Shown: in pieces, positions 18,221 through 28,270 of the stretch
Layout of the letters: every line of letters begins with the position of its first letter
Position numbering within the stretch: position 1 is the first letter of the stretch
DNA from: Verrucomicrobiia bacterium
GTDB lineage: Bacteria; Verrucomicrobiota; Verrucomicrobiia; JADLBR01; JAIBCM01
Direction: 5' to 3'
Assembly (NCBI GenBank): GCA_041395165.1
Contig: JAWLBA010000001.1
Span: 200,068-264,067, forward strand
Length of the DNA: 64,000 nt
Notes under the pieces: generated by a model
The model's input: the letters and a program-made list of their open reading frames with translations, nothing else
Databases searched by the model: none
Told to the model about the DNA's origin: nothing
Translations under genes and position numbers: made by a program

Positions 18221-20491
18221 TTATTCGCGATTTCGCGATTTTTCTTTTTTCTTTTTAAGTTTCAATTTTTCTTCGTCAATGCGGAGACGCAATGGCTCAG
18301 GTTCAGCCATTTGATAAGTTTCAGGACTGATAAAGGGCGCACGAGCTTTTTCTTCTTGGTTAGCTTCGGCGAGATCTTGTCCATCTTGGATGACGGTGGG
18401 TTGGATAAGGATAATTAGCTCGGAACGAACATTTTCTTTTCGAGTTTCGCGAAAAAGCGCTCCTAGCACAGGAATTTTGCTCAACAATGGAATACCTGTT
18501 GTATCTCGTCTTGCTTCTTCGCGGATTAAACCGCCCAAAACGATTACCGATTTGTTAGAAACAGTAACAGAAGTGTTCAGTTCTTGCTTGGCAATAGTTG
18601 GCACTTGAATGCCCGCGACGTTAGCAGAGCCGCTGCGAACGTTGTTAATTTGAGCAATTTGAAGGGTTACCTCTTTTTCGGAATTAATTAATGGAATGAC
18701 TTCAAGTTTCAATGCGACATCTTTGAATTGAATGGACGCATTTAATGCTTGGTTATTCGTGGAGTCTACCAAAGAGCCAACCGTGGCGGTAGGAACGGGC
18801 ACTTCTTCACCTGAGAGAATTGTCGCTTTTTTATTATTTGAAGTGAAAATGAAAGGACGTTGAATAACCTTAAAACGACCTGTGCCCTGTAAAGCTTTCA
18901 CATAAGCATTTAAACTTGAGCCAATGGCGGCATACACATTAAGACCGGCTAAAGCAGAAAATGCGCCATTATTTACTAGGCTCAAAGGGTTCGCAATAGA
19001 AGATAAAGGACGTTCAAGAGTGGGCACCGTTCGATCTAATGAACTTGCCGCTAAGCCACCACTTTCTTTTCCGAATGATTCAAATTTTTGTAAAATATCG
19101 AAACCGAGTTCCATAGTATCGTTCAAAGCAAGCTGACCAATCACCGTGGCTAAATAAACCTGCAAAGGTCGACGATCCAATTTTTCTACAACGCTTTGGA
19201 TTTTGTCGAGACTTCCGGGAGGTCCGAGCACGAGTAAAGTATTTTGGCGATTGTCAGCGATGATGCGAGTTTTGCCAACGGTAATAGCTTCCGGGGCTTG
19301 ATTTTCTGTGGGCGCGGACAGACGGTCGCTGAGATTGAGGCTGCCTTCTCCGGAAGAGCCGATGGATGTAGGGTTTTGCTGTTGTCGATCGGCTGCATTA
19401 CGATTGCCTGCGCTGGCAGTTTGAGTGGCATTTTGTTTTTCGTCTTCTTTCAAGAGGTCTTGCAAGATGGGAAGGAGTTCTGAGGCGGAAATGTATTTTA
19501 ATTGAAGCTCTAAAGGATCGGCTAACTCGGTTGCACTATCAAATTCTTCAATAAGATTTTTGATGTAAGCAAAGTTGGAGACTTTTGTGATGACGAGGAT
19601 GCGATTGGTTCGAGGATCGGGAACAAGTTTTACGTCGCCGTCTGATAAAGTAGGATTTTTTTCAGATTGAGTCTTTTGATCGAAAAGCGCTTCTACTGCA
19701 GCGGGTGTGCCACCGGCAGGTGCGCCAGGTTGAGCGGCGCCCGCTTTACGAGTTTCTAATAATTTTGTGATGGCTTCGGCCACCGTTGTCGCATCGGTGC
19801 GTGTTAATGTGACAAATTTAGAAACCATTTTTGTGGGCGGCACATCAATCAATTCCTTCATGGCGATGAGTTGGCGGATCACAGCAGAACTTTCTGTAAT
19901 AATGACCGCTTGTGCGTTGGCTACGGGCACATACACGCCATAGGCATGAGGAGGAATAGCTTGTTGAAAAATGGGTACGACTTCCGCCGGGGTTAAATGA
20001 TTGAGCGGCATGAAATAGCTAACAACTTTTTCGCCCAAAGGAAGATCATCAGCGTTGGCATAAATCGGTGCTCCTTCATTACGCGGCTGTTTACCTGCTA
20101 AATTTAAGACTTTAATACTATTATCAGGCGCAGGGACGATCGCGTAATTATTCAGCAGCATGGCCGATTCAATGAGCCGAATGGCTTCACTTTTTGGAAT
20201 TTGATTGGCCATAATGCTAAAATTAAGACCAGCGAGATTAGGATCTTTAATCACACGTTTACCGGTAAGTTGCTCGTAAATAGCAATAATATCTTGAATG
20301 GGGTTATTAGGATATTGTAAATCGACTAAGGGTTCATTAACGGAAAAATCGGTTGGGGTCGATTCGCCTTGGTCTAAGGCAGGAATTTCCTCGGCATTAG
20401 GGAAAAGATTTGTCTCTGTGCTGATGTTATTAGTTTGGGCATTTAGCGAAACGGCTAAGAATAGAAAAAAGATAAAAGCAATTTGTTTCAT
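18221..20491 (-). CDS. gspD: Type II secretion system secretin
   Basis: Signal peptide, N-domain repeats, and C-terminal secretin domain ([32 protein letters not shown]). Low-complexity inserts and a Lys-rich tail ([15 protein letters not shown]). Confidence 0.88.
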   Translation of the reverse strand: MKQIAFIFFLFLAVSLNAQTNNISTETNLFPNAEEIPALDQGESTPTDFSVNEPLVDLQYPNNPIQDIIAIYEQLTGKRVIKDPNLAGLNFSIMANQIPKSEAIRLIESAMLLNNYAIVPAPDNSIKVLNLAGKQPRNEGAPIYANADDLPLGEKVVSYFMPLNHLTPAEVVPIFQQAIPPHAYGVYVPVANAQAVIITESSAVIRQLIAMKELIDVPPTKMVSKFVTLTRTDATTVAEAITKLLETRKAGAAQPGAPAGGTPAAVEALFDQKTQSEKNPTLSDGDVKLVPDPRTNRILVITKVSNFAYIKNLIEEFDSATELADPLELQLKYISASELLPILQDLLKEDEKQNATQTASAGNRNAADRQQQNPTSIGSSGEGSLNLSDRLSAPTENQAPEAITVGKTRIIADNRQNTLLVLGPPGSLDKIQSVVEKLDRRPLQVYLATVIGQLALNDTMELGFDILQKFESFGKESGGLAASSLDRTVPTLERPLSSIANPLSLVNNGAFSALAGLNVYAAIGSSLNAYVKALQGTGRFKVIQRPFIFTSNNKKATILSGEEVPVPTATVGSLVDSTNNQALNASIQFKDVALKLEVIPLINSEKEVTLQIAQINNVRSGSANVAGIQVPTIAKQELNTSVTVSNKSVIVLGGLIREEARRDTTGIPLLSKIPVLGALFRETRKENVRSELIILIQPTVIQDGQDLAEANQEEKARAPFISPETYQMAEPEPLRLRIDEEKLKLKKKKEKSRNRE

Positions 20492-20497
20492 GATTAA

Positions 20498-21124
20498 TTA
20501 TTCCTCTGTTTGTTTTTCCTGAGCTTCTTTTATTTTTTGATCTTTTGTTTCGCTATCAGGAGATTCTCCAGGAATTGGGAATCGTTTGCGAATAAATTTT
20601 TTAGGATCGACCGGATTCATGGATGGAATGACATTGGGTGTTGTGTTGGTCATGTTAGGGGGCATGTTTAGCATGTTGAGTGGACGATTAGTCATGATGG
20701 GTGGGGGTTTGGGCATGCTGTTTAAAGCGGCTGGATCAAATTTAATCATCGAAGTTTCGGCTCCTTTTTTTAGCGTGGCGTTGACCTTGGTGGGATCGTC
20801 ATCTCGCTGAATTGAGACGAGAGAAATGCCTTTGTGATTCAGGGTTTCCGAGACCAGAAAACGTTCGGAGGTCTTCTTGTCTAACAGCATCACATAATTA
20901 TTCGTGCCAACCACTGAAGTGCCGACTAAAGAGAGGTCATTTGCAAATCCTTTTTGTAATTCAGGAATCACCGATTCCAAGGTAAAAGGAGAACGTTTCC
21001 AAATGTTTTCATAACGTTTAACTTCAAATCCTTGAGGGATGACGGATTCGGAAGAGTTGGCGTGGGTTGGAATAAAAATAAAAATGCCCATCAAAAATAA
21101 AAAAACGAGTTTCACAAGATTCAT
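20498..21124 (-). CDS. Periplasmic PilP / GspC-HR-domain-like protein with Met/Asn/Pro-rich tail
   Basis: Start set at the internal ATG giving signal peptide MNLVKLVFLFLMGIFIFIPTHA. The core LSLVGTSVVGTNNYVMLLDKKTSERFLVSE...GISLVSIQ resembles the PilP/GspC HR beta-sandwich. Position immediately upstream of the secretin supports this. Family assignment is inference. Confidence 0.5.
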   Translation of the reverse strand: MNLVKLVFLFLMGIFIFIPTHANSSESVIPQGFEVKRYENIWKRSPFTLESVIPELQKGFANDLSLVGTSVVGTNNYVMLLDKKTSERFLVSETLNHKGISLVSIQRDDDPTKVNATLKKGAETSMIKFDPAALNSMPKPPPIMTNRPLNMLNMPPNMTNTTPNVIPSMNPVDPKKFIRKRFPIPGESPDSETKDQKIKEAQEKQTEE

Positions 21125-21158
21125 GAAACTTGTTTCTGTTATGGTTGGTGAATGTGTT

Positions 21159-21674
21159 TTAAGGAGCATAACGACGAGATAATTGAAGTTCGCAACGGAC
21201 TTTCGTAGTGTCAGAATCACTGCGAAGATTAAAACTGGAAATGGCTTGAAAATTGGTTGGTTGTTGAAGTTTCACGAGCCAATCGATTAAATTTTGTAAA
21301 GTTCCTACAACTTTGAGGCGAACGGTAGCTTCTTTATAATAGGCGGTAGGAGTAATGCCAACGAGTTGTTGTTCTTGAATTTCCAGATTTTTTTCGCGCG
21401 CGCCAGAAACAATTTGAGTTAATAATTTGGTGTCTTCCTGAGGCGCGGCTACGGGCTGGTTTTTTTCGAGCCATTGCTGGCGAGTTTGCCATAGTTCTTT
21501 TTCTTTTAACCAAAGTTGCGTGTCTTTTTGTTCTGCTTGAGCTTGGGCCAGTGTGATGTGCGAACCTTTTTGTTTTTTAAAAAGGAAAGACAGCAGGAGC
21601 CCATTGGCCACAATCACCAGAGCGAGTGAGGCTACAGCGACTAATTTTTGTTCATTGGGGTTGAGTTGGCGCAT
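21159..21674 (-). CDS. GspM / PilO-like bitopic assembly-platform protein
   Basis: Short cytoplasmic N-terminus, one TM (LVAVASLALVIVANGLLLSFLF), coiled-coil, and a periplasmic alpha/beta domain (EATVRLKVVGTLQNLIDWLVKLQ). Start uncertain (21674, 21713 or 21755). Confidence 0.5.
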   Translation of the reverse strand: MRQLNPNEQKLVAVASLALVIVANGLLLSFLFKKQKGSHITLAQAQAEQKDTQLWLKEKELWQTRQQWLEKNQPVAAPQEDTKLLTQIVSGAREKNLEIQEQQLVGITPTAYYKEATVRLKVVGTLQNLIDWLVKLQQPTNFQAISSFNLRSDSDTTKVRCELQLSRRYAP

Positions 21675-22914
21675 TGAAAGAATTTCCAGTAATTTGAAAT
21701 TGTGCTGTGTCATTGGGTAAAATGACGGGAGTCGGCATTTGCCATTGATAAGCAAGTAATTGATCGTTCTTGTTTAACTTTTCAAAAAAATCTGAGGCTG
21801 CAGCAATGCTAGTGGCTTCTCCTCGTAGGACGACTCCAGATTCATTAGCTTCGAACAGAGTAAAGCGCACTCCGTCTTGTGGCAAAAGTCGGGCGCATTG
21901 ATACAAGACTTCGACTGCATAATGATCGGGTTGCAGTGCGGTTCCCAAAGCGTTCCAACGAGCGGCGGTTTCTTTTAGCGATTGCACTAAGGCAGCATCT
22001 TTTTGGACTTCGCGATGGATCAAATAGGTGCGGCCATAAAAAAAGAGCAGTTGCAAAATCCATAATCCTAAAAAGAGTCCGTAACCCGCCAACGCCATTT
22101 TGATAATTTTTTGATTTCTCTCTTCTTTGGCATGAAGCGTTTGAATTTTCGAATGGCGTGCGGTGTTAGAGAAAAAATTGTTCTGGAAGACGGGGCACAG
22201 GCATGGCGTGACGTGGGGAGTGATATGAAAAGTGGTTTGAATTTGCTGAATTTCTTCGCTGGAAAAATTGCCCCACAACGTGATGCCATGCATTTCTGAT
22301 ATGATTTGTTGCGATTCCAACTCCAAATAAAGACAAAGTATTTCTTGAATAGTCGCTGCATTAATTTCTGAAGCACTCAGAGTTTGAAAATAAACTAATT
22401 CGGTTTCGCGGGTGAAAGCAATGACTAGCTGGCTCTGTTCGCGCCAGAGAGTTAAATGATTATTTTCCAAAGGATAAAAACGAGCGGAAATATCGTAGTT
22501 GTCCGTGGTGTTTTTAAGATAAGGTTCTGTTAATTGGCTGGGTAAAATGGCGACTAATACTAAAGATCTTCCGGCTTCGGTGGTAATGAGTCGATAATCA
22601 AAAATGGTTTCTTCGCGCGAATGGGTAACTAAAGCGCGCCGCTCTAATTGGGTAAAAATTAAGTCTGGTAACAATGTTTTATCTTCAGTGCTTAGCCAAA
22701 GAGGGAGACAAAAAACCTGTCTTACAGGGAGCCCTAAAATGGTTTTGATAGTTTTATCCGATTTTTCTTGATCGGTTAATTCACCGAGTTCAGCGGTGGT
22801 TTGTTTGAGGGCGGGGGGATGTTGAGCGGAAAACTCCCAAAGCGTCCAACCTTCTACGGCTGGTAAAAGCAAGTTTTTGCTTTCCACTTTTTTGGTTTTG
22901 GCTCGTTGTTTCAT
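21652..22914 (-). CDS. GspL-like (or fused PilM-PilN-like) assembly-platform protein
   Basis: Cytoplasmic domain of about 265 aa, single TM (IIKMALAGYGLFLGLWILQLLFF), and a periplasmic domain of about 130 aa. Placed between gspK and the gspM-like gene. No strong sequence motif recognised. Confidence 0.55.
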   Translation of the reverse strand: MKQRAKTKKVESKNLLLPAVEGWTLWEFSAQHPPALKQTTAELGELTDQEKSDKTIKTILGLPVRQVFCLPLWLSTEDKTLLPDLIFTQLERRALVTHSREETIFDYRLITTEAGRSLVLVAILPSQLTEPYLKNTTDNYDISARFYPLENNHLTLWREQSQLVIAFTRETELVYFQTLSASEINAATIQEILCLYLELESQQIISEMHGITLWGNFSSEEIQQIQTTFHITPHVTPCLCPVFQNNFFSNTARHSKIQTLHAKEERNQKIIKMALAGYGLFLGLWILQLLFFYGRTYLIHREVQKDAALVQSLKETAARWNALGTALQPDHYAVEVLYQCARLLPQDGVRFTLFEANESGVVLRGEATSIAAASDFFEKLNKNDQLLAYQWQMPTPVILPNDTAQFQITGNSFNAPTQPQ

Positions 22915-22948
22915 GATTTTCTGAATTCCCCTTTGGTTTTATCAATAA

Positions 22949-23875
22949 CTAATATTCCTGCCACTCTAAAAATTGGCGTGGTCCATCGGAAGTGCGCCAC
23001 ACGACTTCGATCGATCGTAAATAGTCGCCTACGTAACCTTTACTAATGATGCGTTTGGTAGAACCGCGCGCGGTGAGGCGGTCGGCTACAGTTTTACGCA
23101 AAATTTCTGGCACGCCCATGATGATACAGGCTTGTTTGCCATCTTTGATTTCCACGTCGTCCAAAGTGTTGAGTTTGCGATCCGCTCCACTTCGAAATTT
23201 GATAAGGGTGTTGGCTTGGGTTGCGGAAACTTCGCACACGATCCGTAGCAGTTCTTCAGAAGCCTCGTTGACATCCAACTTGCCTGCTCCCCAGATCGTG
23301 AAGTAAGAGGCCCAATCGGGTTTTGCTTTAGCAACCAAATCCATGCCTTTCACTAATTCCATTTCAGAGATGGAAAGAAAACTTCTGTTGGGAGGATAGC
23401 CATCGTAACCTAGCTCTTCATAATAATCTTTTTCTGCTCCGTTTATTTGGCGTAAATCATCTTTATCAACCCAATCTTTTAAGCAGTCGATAACGGCTAC
23501 ACTTTCTTTATCGCTCAATCCCCAGTCTTCAAAAAGTCGTTGAAGAATACCGCTATCAGTTTTTTCTTTTAGAAGTCGATTGATATTGAGTTTACTTTCT
23601 TCTGTGCTCACTTGAACTTCAAATCGTTCTAGGGGTCCTACTTTTTGTCTTAGAAGCGGATCATTGCGCCGGATTTGGGTGTGCATCGCAAAAGCCAATC
23701 CGCTTTCGGCAAGTTGTCGGGCGCGGAAATCTTTGCTGCGAACGGAGCCTTCGTTAAGATCCAATTTTACAAATTCTACAACACCAAAAATTGCAACCGA
23801 CATGGTAACAATAGCCCAAATCACTAGCAATAAAGCGATGCCTCGTTGAGATGAGTTGTGTTTCAATAATTTCAT
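22949..23875 (-). CDS. gspK: Type II secretion minor pseudopilin GspK
   Basis: N-terminus MKLLKHNSSQRGIALLLVIWAIVTMSV (typical GspK RGxAL). KLDVNEASEELL resembles the family's NINTA motif. Start chosen at the ATGA overlap with the upstream stop (23872-23875). Confidence 0.75.
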   Translation of the reverse strand: MKLLKHNSSQRGIALLLVIWAIVTMSVAIFGVVEFVKLDLNEGSVRSKDFRARQLAESGLAFAMHTQIRRNDPLLRQKVGPLERFEVQVSTEESKLNINRLLKEKTDSGILQRLFEDWGLSDKESVAVIDCLKDWVDKDDLRQINGAEKDYYEELGYDGYPPNRSFLSISEMELVKGMDLVAKAKPDWASYFTIWGAGKLDVNEASEELLRIVCEVSATQANTLIKFRSGADRKLNTLDDVEIKDGKQACIIMGVPEILRKTVADRLTARGSTKRIISKGYVGDYLRSIEVVWRTSDGPRQFLEWQEY

Positions 23876-24552
23876 ATCGCGACCTGTCGTTTTACAGATG
23901 GCACCCAAAAGACAGCGCGAATGGGAGTTTCCTCACCGGCGGGCGTCACACTTAATTCTACTAAACTTGGACGCAGGTCGCGATAGGTCCATTCATTTAT
24001 CCATTGACTGGTTGGTGCGTAGAAAAAGCGCCAGGCAATTTCTGAAAGATCGCGAATTAAGACAAGGCTTTGTTGTTCAGGTTTTTCATTGGGATTGGCG
24101 CTAAGTTTGGATTTTTGCGTTTTTTCTCGAATTAAAACCAAAGAAAAAAGTCCGCCGGGTTGAGGTTGGATGGAAAGAATACTGTTGCCATAAACGCTTT
24201 TATTGCCCCAGGCAAAGGCACGTGGTGCATCGACAAACAGAAGCTCGAATTGGCCTTCTTGTGAGCGCCGTGTTTCGAAAAAAGCGTTACCCGGAAGACT
24301 GCGAAAATTTTCATTGCACAGTTCAATTAAACCCATGACTTGCTGGCGATGAGCTTGAGTTTCTGCGAGACTGGCACTCGCTTGTAAAGCAGCACGGGTA
24401 ATGGCAAAAACCGCACTCGTAATCAAAGCCAAGATCAGAAGCGCGGCCATGATTTCGACCAGTGTAAAAGCGCGAGTGTCTGTGCGCTTGGCTATTTTTA
24501 TTTTTTTATTGCAGTGCATAAATTTCGGCAAAAGCTTCCTGTTCTTGCTCAT
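23872..24552 (-). CDS. Minor pseudopilin, GspJ-like
   Basis: Prepilin-type N-terminus ...KRTDTRA/FTLVEIMAALLILALITSAVF (Ala at -1). Size and position fit GspJ. Alternative start at 24519. Confidence 0.6.
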   Translation of the reverse strand: MSKNRKLLPKFMHCNKKIKIAKRTDTRAFTLVEIMAALLILALITSAVFAITRAALQASASLAETQAHRQQVMGLIELCNENFRSLPGNAFFETRRSQEGQFELLFVDAPRAFAWGNKSVYGNSILSIQPQPGGLFSLVLIREKTQKSKLSANPNEKPEQQSLVLIRDLSEIAWRFFYAPTSQWINEWTYRDLRPSLVELSVTPAGEETPIRAVFWVPSVKRQVAI

Positions 24553-24913
24553 TCTCTTTCCAACGAGCTCGCACCGTAAGACGATAAAAACCGCTCAAGA
24601 GAAGGTCTTTTTCATTTCGAACTTGCATGGTTTGCACTTCCGTTTCGTAAACGACGCCTCGAGCATCAGGAGGATCGGTAATTTTGGCGACTTGCAAAGG
24701 TTTCGCTTTAAGTTCGGCCAATTTACTTTCTAGACCTAAACGCACTTCGGCTTCTCGTTGTAAAACGAGTGCTGAATCGATGGTTTTATTGATAGTGTTG
24801 GCTAATCCCAACGCTGCAAAAGCAAAAACAGTCACCGCAACCATGACCTCGAAAAGCATAAATCCTTTTTCTTTTTGAGGTGTTATTATTTTGGAGTGAA
24901 CGAAAAGTTTCAT
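24506..24913 (-). CDS. Minor pseudopilin, GspI-like
   Basis: Prepilin-type N-terminus QKEKG/FMLFEVMVAVTVFAFAALG. 135 aa. Positioned between the H-like and J-like genes. Confidence 0.6.
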   Translation of the reverse strand: MKLFVHSKIITPQKEKGFMLFEVMVAVTVFAFAALGLANTINKTIDSALVLQREAEVRLGLESKLAELKAKPLQVAKITDPPDARGVVYETEVQTMQVRNEKDLLLSGFYRLTVRARWKENEQEQEAFAEIYALQ

Positions 24914-25440
24914 TAAGGAAAATAGTAAGATTCATTTTGCGTGTTGGCAGTGAGAGGATTGAACTCCATTTCATACCAAGCTTTGTCTTTACTGAAACGA
25001 ACTCGGATCGGCTCGCATAAGCCAGTGGGTTGAAATATCCACTCAAATTTTTCTGCTTTGCTCCATTTTTCTTCTTCCCAGGATCGAAACTGGCAAAGAA
25101 TTTCTTTGGACAACTTATAGCTTTCTGTGATGCCTGGATGAGGGTCTCCTTTTTTTGGGGGTGTTAAGGGGCTAATTGTGAAAGTGTTTTTTTCAAAAAT
25201 GATTTGATAAGGTTGTTGTTCTGTGAGTGCTTGGGTTCTTGCGGTTTTAGCAAACAGAGAAATTTTTCTGGCCGTGCCCCGCACTTGTTCTTGCAATAAT
25301 AAATTGCTGGCGCTGGGAATGACTGCCGCAAATATAAGTGAAGCAATGAAAAGAACGACAAGGATTTCGATGAGGGTAAATCCTTGTGGATTTTTCGACT
25401 TAAATAAACATGAGATTGATTTTACCAAATTTATTTCCAA
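24913..25440 (-). CDS. Minor pseudopilin, GspH-like
   Basis: Prepilin-type N-terminus KNPQG/FTLIEILVVLFIASLIFAAVI. 175 aa. Immediately downstream of gspG. Confidence 0.6.
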   Translation of the reverse strand: MEINLVKSISCLFKSKNPQGFTLIEILVVLFIASLIFAAVIPSASNLLLQEQVRGTARKISLFAKTARTQALTEQQPYQIIFEKNTFTISPLTPPKKGDPHPGITESYKLSKEILCQFRSWEEEKWSKAEKFEWIFQPTGLCEPIRVRFSKDKAWYEMEFNPLTANTQNESYYFP

Positions 25441-25862
25441 TTTCCGATATCGTCCGAGGGATCTTCGGGATTAGGGCCTTGGGAGTAGAGATCAAAACTG
25501 GAGGGATTTTTTGCGCCCGGATAGCGATATTGATAGGGTCTACCCCAAGGATCTAAGGGGACTTCTTGAAGTAGTTGTTGCCAGCGGCGTGGCACAGGTT
25601 CGGCAGTGGGTCGTGTGACTAATGCTTGAATACCTTGTTGTGAAGTGGGGAAAAATAGATTAAGCATTTCGTAAGTTTTTAACTGAGTGCTAATCGTGGT
25701 AATATCGGCATCAGCCCGTTGCAATTTAGCGGCCTCGACGTTTCCCACAATTTTATTAATCGCCAATCCCGCAAGAACAGCGATAATGCCCATGACCACC
25801 ATAATTTCTACGAGAGTGAAAGCAGCTTGGCGAGCGGATCGGTTAATGGAATGAATTTTCAT
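25431..25862 (-). CDS. gspG: Type II secretion major pseudopilin GspG
   Basis: FTLVEIMVVMGIIAVLAGLAI N-terminus and the GspG-specific C-terminal region DPWGRPYQYRYPGAKNPSSFDLYSQGPN...DDIGNW. Confidence 0.9.
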   Translation of the reverse strand: MKIHSINRSARQAAFTLVEIMVVMGIIAVLAGLAINKIVGNVEAAKLQRADADITTISTQLKTYEMLNLFFPTSQQGIQALVTRPTAEPVPRRWQQLLQEVPLDPWGRPYQYRYPGAKNPSSFDLYSQGPNPEDPSDDIGNWK

Positions 25863-25867
25863 AAAAA

Positions 25868-26947
25868 TTATCGAGTCAGTTGAGGGTTAATTTGGAAAGA
25901 CGGTGCGGTTGGCTTCGTCGTTGGTGCTTGGATGGGTTGTGTTGTCGTTGGCATCGTTGCCGGATTAGACGTCGCGACTTTATATTTTATTTGTAAAATT
26001 GTGTTTTTTATTGCTAGCGGCTGTGAAATTTTTAATGGTGAATTAGCCCAGCGCACCAATTGGAGTTGATTTTCCCCGACGATTAATTGATCAGGAGGAA
26101 AGAAAAAACTGCCTCGTCGCCAACCAATATAAGTTAAATCTCCTGCTTCATCGCGTTGATAGCCAGGATCGGCTAAGTCTGGAACTTGAGTTGCCATTTC
26201 GCCCAAATAACGGCGATTGAGCCAAACTCCTATTTTTTCTTCCGGAGCAAGTCCAGCAATTTGAGTTTCGAGTCGTGCAATATCGGCAGGAGATTGAATT
26301 TCAAAATCTAATGCAGCCCCTTCTTCAATGCGCTCCGCTTTTTCGATCAACATAGCGTTAACAATAGAGCTTCGCCAAAAATCGCCTGTTGTGCCTGTTT
26401 CAAACTGATAAACTTCGGCATCACTATAAGAACGTCCAAAGCCGTCTACATAAGCTACGCCCAAAGACAAATCATGACTCATGGGAATGGTTTGGCTTTT
26501 GACCCATTCCCAATGAATGCGTCGGATATTCATGGTAGATTCGGTGGTTTGAAAAACCAATTTTCCCGGGCTGGAAAGTGTGGAGCGCCGGATTAACAAC
26601 GTTTTTTGGTTCGGCATGCCAATGTTGTCATAAAGATTAGGTGCCAGCATTTCGGTATTGTTGTTGAGGCCTTCCCAAAAGACGCGTAAAAAACCACCTG
26701 ATCCTTCATTAAAAAAAATCGTGATAACCAAATCAGTATCGGCATTAGCCTGAGGGCGAATTCCAAAACTTTGCGACGTCAAGTAACGTGGCGATTTAGG
26801 TTCTTTCACTACACTAAGCCAACGAGGAATATTGCGATCCCCTCGATAAGGAAAATCTAAGGTATAACTTTTCGCATAACGATCGGCATGCGAAAAATTT
26901 GCCAGGCTTATGCCAAACAAAAGCAACCCCATTACCTTAAATTTCAT
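25868..26947 (-). CDS. Secreted protein of unknown function embedded between gspF and gspG
   Basis: 359 aa. Signal peptide MKFKVMGLLLFGISLANFSHA/D. No motif I recognise. Thr/Pro-rich C-terminal tail (SNPATMPTTTQPIQAPTTKPTAPS). Its stop is 5 nt from the gspG start. Confidence 0.6.
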   Translation of the reverse strand: MKFKVMGLLLFGISLANFSHADRYAKSYTLDFPYRGDRNIPRWLSVVKEPKSPRYLTSQSFGIRPQANADTDLVITIFFNEGSGGFLRVFWEGLNNNTEMLAPNLYDNIGMPNQKTLLIRRSTLSSPGKLVFQTTESTMNIRRIHWEWVKSQTIPMSHDLSLGVAYVDGFGRSYSDAEVYQFETGTTGDFWRSSIVNAMLIEKAERIEEGAALDFEIQSPADIARLETQIAGLAPEEKIGVWLNRRYLGEMATQVPDLADPGYQRDEAGDLTYIGWRRGSFFFPPDQLIVGENQLQLVRWANSPLKISQPLAIKNTILQIKYKVATSNPATMPTTTQPIQAPTTKPTAPSFQINPQLTR

Positions 26948-27022
26948 GTCAAAATCATTATCAAAATCGAGTTCGAGTGTAAATGAGTAAAAGGTCTATC
27001 AAAAATAATCCACTCTTGATAT

Positions 27023-28258
27023 TTATCGTCCTCCGCGCATTCCGGAAACTGCGTCAAAAATGCCAGTGATCATTGACACTGCTACTGCGCCAACCACCAA
27101 CGCGAGCACGATGATAATGACTGGAGGAATGATGGCGGCAATGCGTTCAGTATTTTTTTTGAGTTCTTTATCGTAACGTGTGCCCACTTTATTTAATGCC
27201 ACGCCAAGATCGCCCGTCTGCTCGCCCACCACAATCATGTCAATCATCATGGGTGGGAAATGTCCTACTTTTCGCATCGCGCGCGACAAGCTTCCGCCTT
27301 CACCCACAATTTCAATAATATTTCCCAATAAACTATTCAAAAAAACGTTAGCCGTGGCATCGCGCATGAGACGTAATCCGTTCAAAAGCGGAATGCCATT
27401 GCTTACCATCGTTGCCAGGGTTTGAGAAAATTGCGTATAAAACTTGGCACGCAACACATCGCCGATGACAGGAGTTTTCAAACGAAACTCGTCCCACCAC
27501 CGCTTCCCAGCGGGTTTTTGAATCGTTTGCCAAAATGCCAATCCCAGCAAAAAAACCAGCGCGCCAATTGCCCACCAATAGTGAGCGAGAAAGTCACTAG
27601 TGCTGATGAGTAATTGAGTGGTTAAAGGCAGTTTTTTTTGTGTTCTTTGAAAAAGTGAAGTGAGTTGTGGCACTAAAAAAGTCATGAAAACAAAAAGCAA
27701 ACCCACACCTGCCACAAAAATAAAAGCCGGATAAATTAAAGATTGCGCGACGCGTCCTTGCAACTCTTGCATGGCCACCAGATGCATTTGTTCACGTCGT
27801 AAAATTTGCGGCAACGCGCCGCTCAATTCTCCTGCTTGAGCTAGGTTGCAATAAAGATCGTCAAAACTTTTGCTGGAAGCGCGCAACGCTTTGGAAAAGC
27901 TGATACCTTCGCGCAACTGTTGACGCAAAGCGATCGTTAAATCTTTCAAGGAAGAAAGTTCGTCGCGCTGTTCCATAATTTTAAGCGCAGGCTCTAATTG
28001 CAGTCCTGCGTCCAATAAATCGCTCAACTCTTCTGTAAAAGTAATAATTTGAGAGCGTTTTAGTTTCAGGGAACCCAACGGAACCGTTTTGGCATCGGCT
28101 GCAGATAGAGAAGCGCCACCACTTTTTAAAGTCAGAGAAAGGGGTTGAAGCTGCTCTTTATCAAGTTGACGATACGCTTCGGTTTTTGTGGTAGCCACTA
28201 ATTCGCCCGTGCGCGTTTTGCCGCTTTTATCCAGAGCGCGATAGGTAAAGGTGTTCAT
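27023..28258 (-). CDS. gspF: Type II secretion inner-membrane platform protein GspF
   Basis: 411 aa with duplicated GspF/PilC domain architecture and three TM segments. N-terminus MNTFTYRALDKSGKTRTGEL is typical. Confidence 0.9.
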   Translation of the reverse strand: MNTFTYRALDKSGKTRTGELVATTKTEAYRQLDKEQLQPLSLTLKSGGASLSAADAKTVPLGSLKLKRSQIITFTEELSDLLDAGLQLEPALKIMEQRDELSSLKDLTIALRQQLREGISFSKALRASSKSFDDLYCNLAQAGELSGALPQILRREQMHLVAMQELQGRVAQSLIYPAFIFVAGVGLLFVFMTFLVPQLTSLFQRTQKKLPLTTQLLISTSDFLAHYWWAIGALVFLLGLAFWQTIQKPAGKRWWDEFRLKTPVIGDVLRAKFYTQFSQTLATMVSNGIPLLNGLRLMRDATANVFLNSLLGNIIEIVGEGGSLSRAMRKVGHFPPMMIDMIVVGEQTGDLGVALNKVGTRYDKELKKNTERIAAIIPPVIIIVLALVVGAVAVSMITGIFDAVSGMRGGR

Positions 28259-28270
28259 TCACAAAAATTT

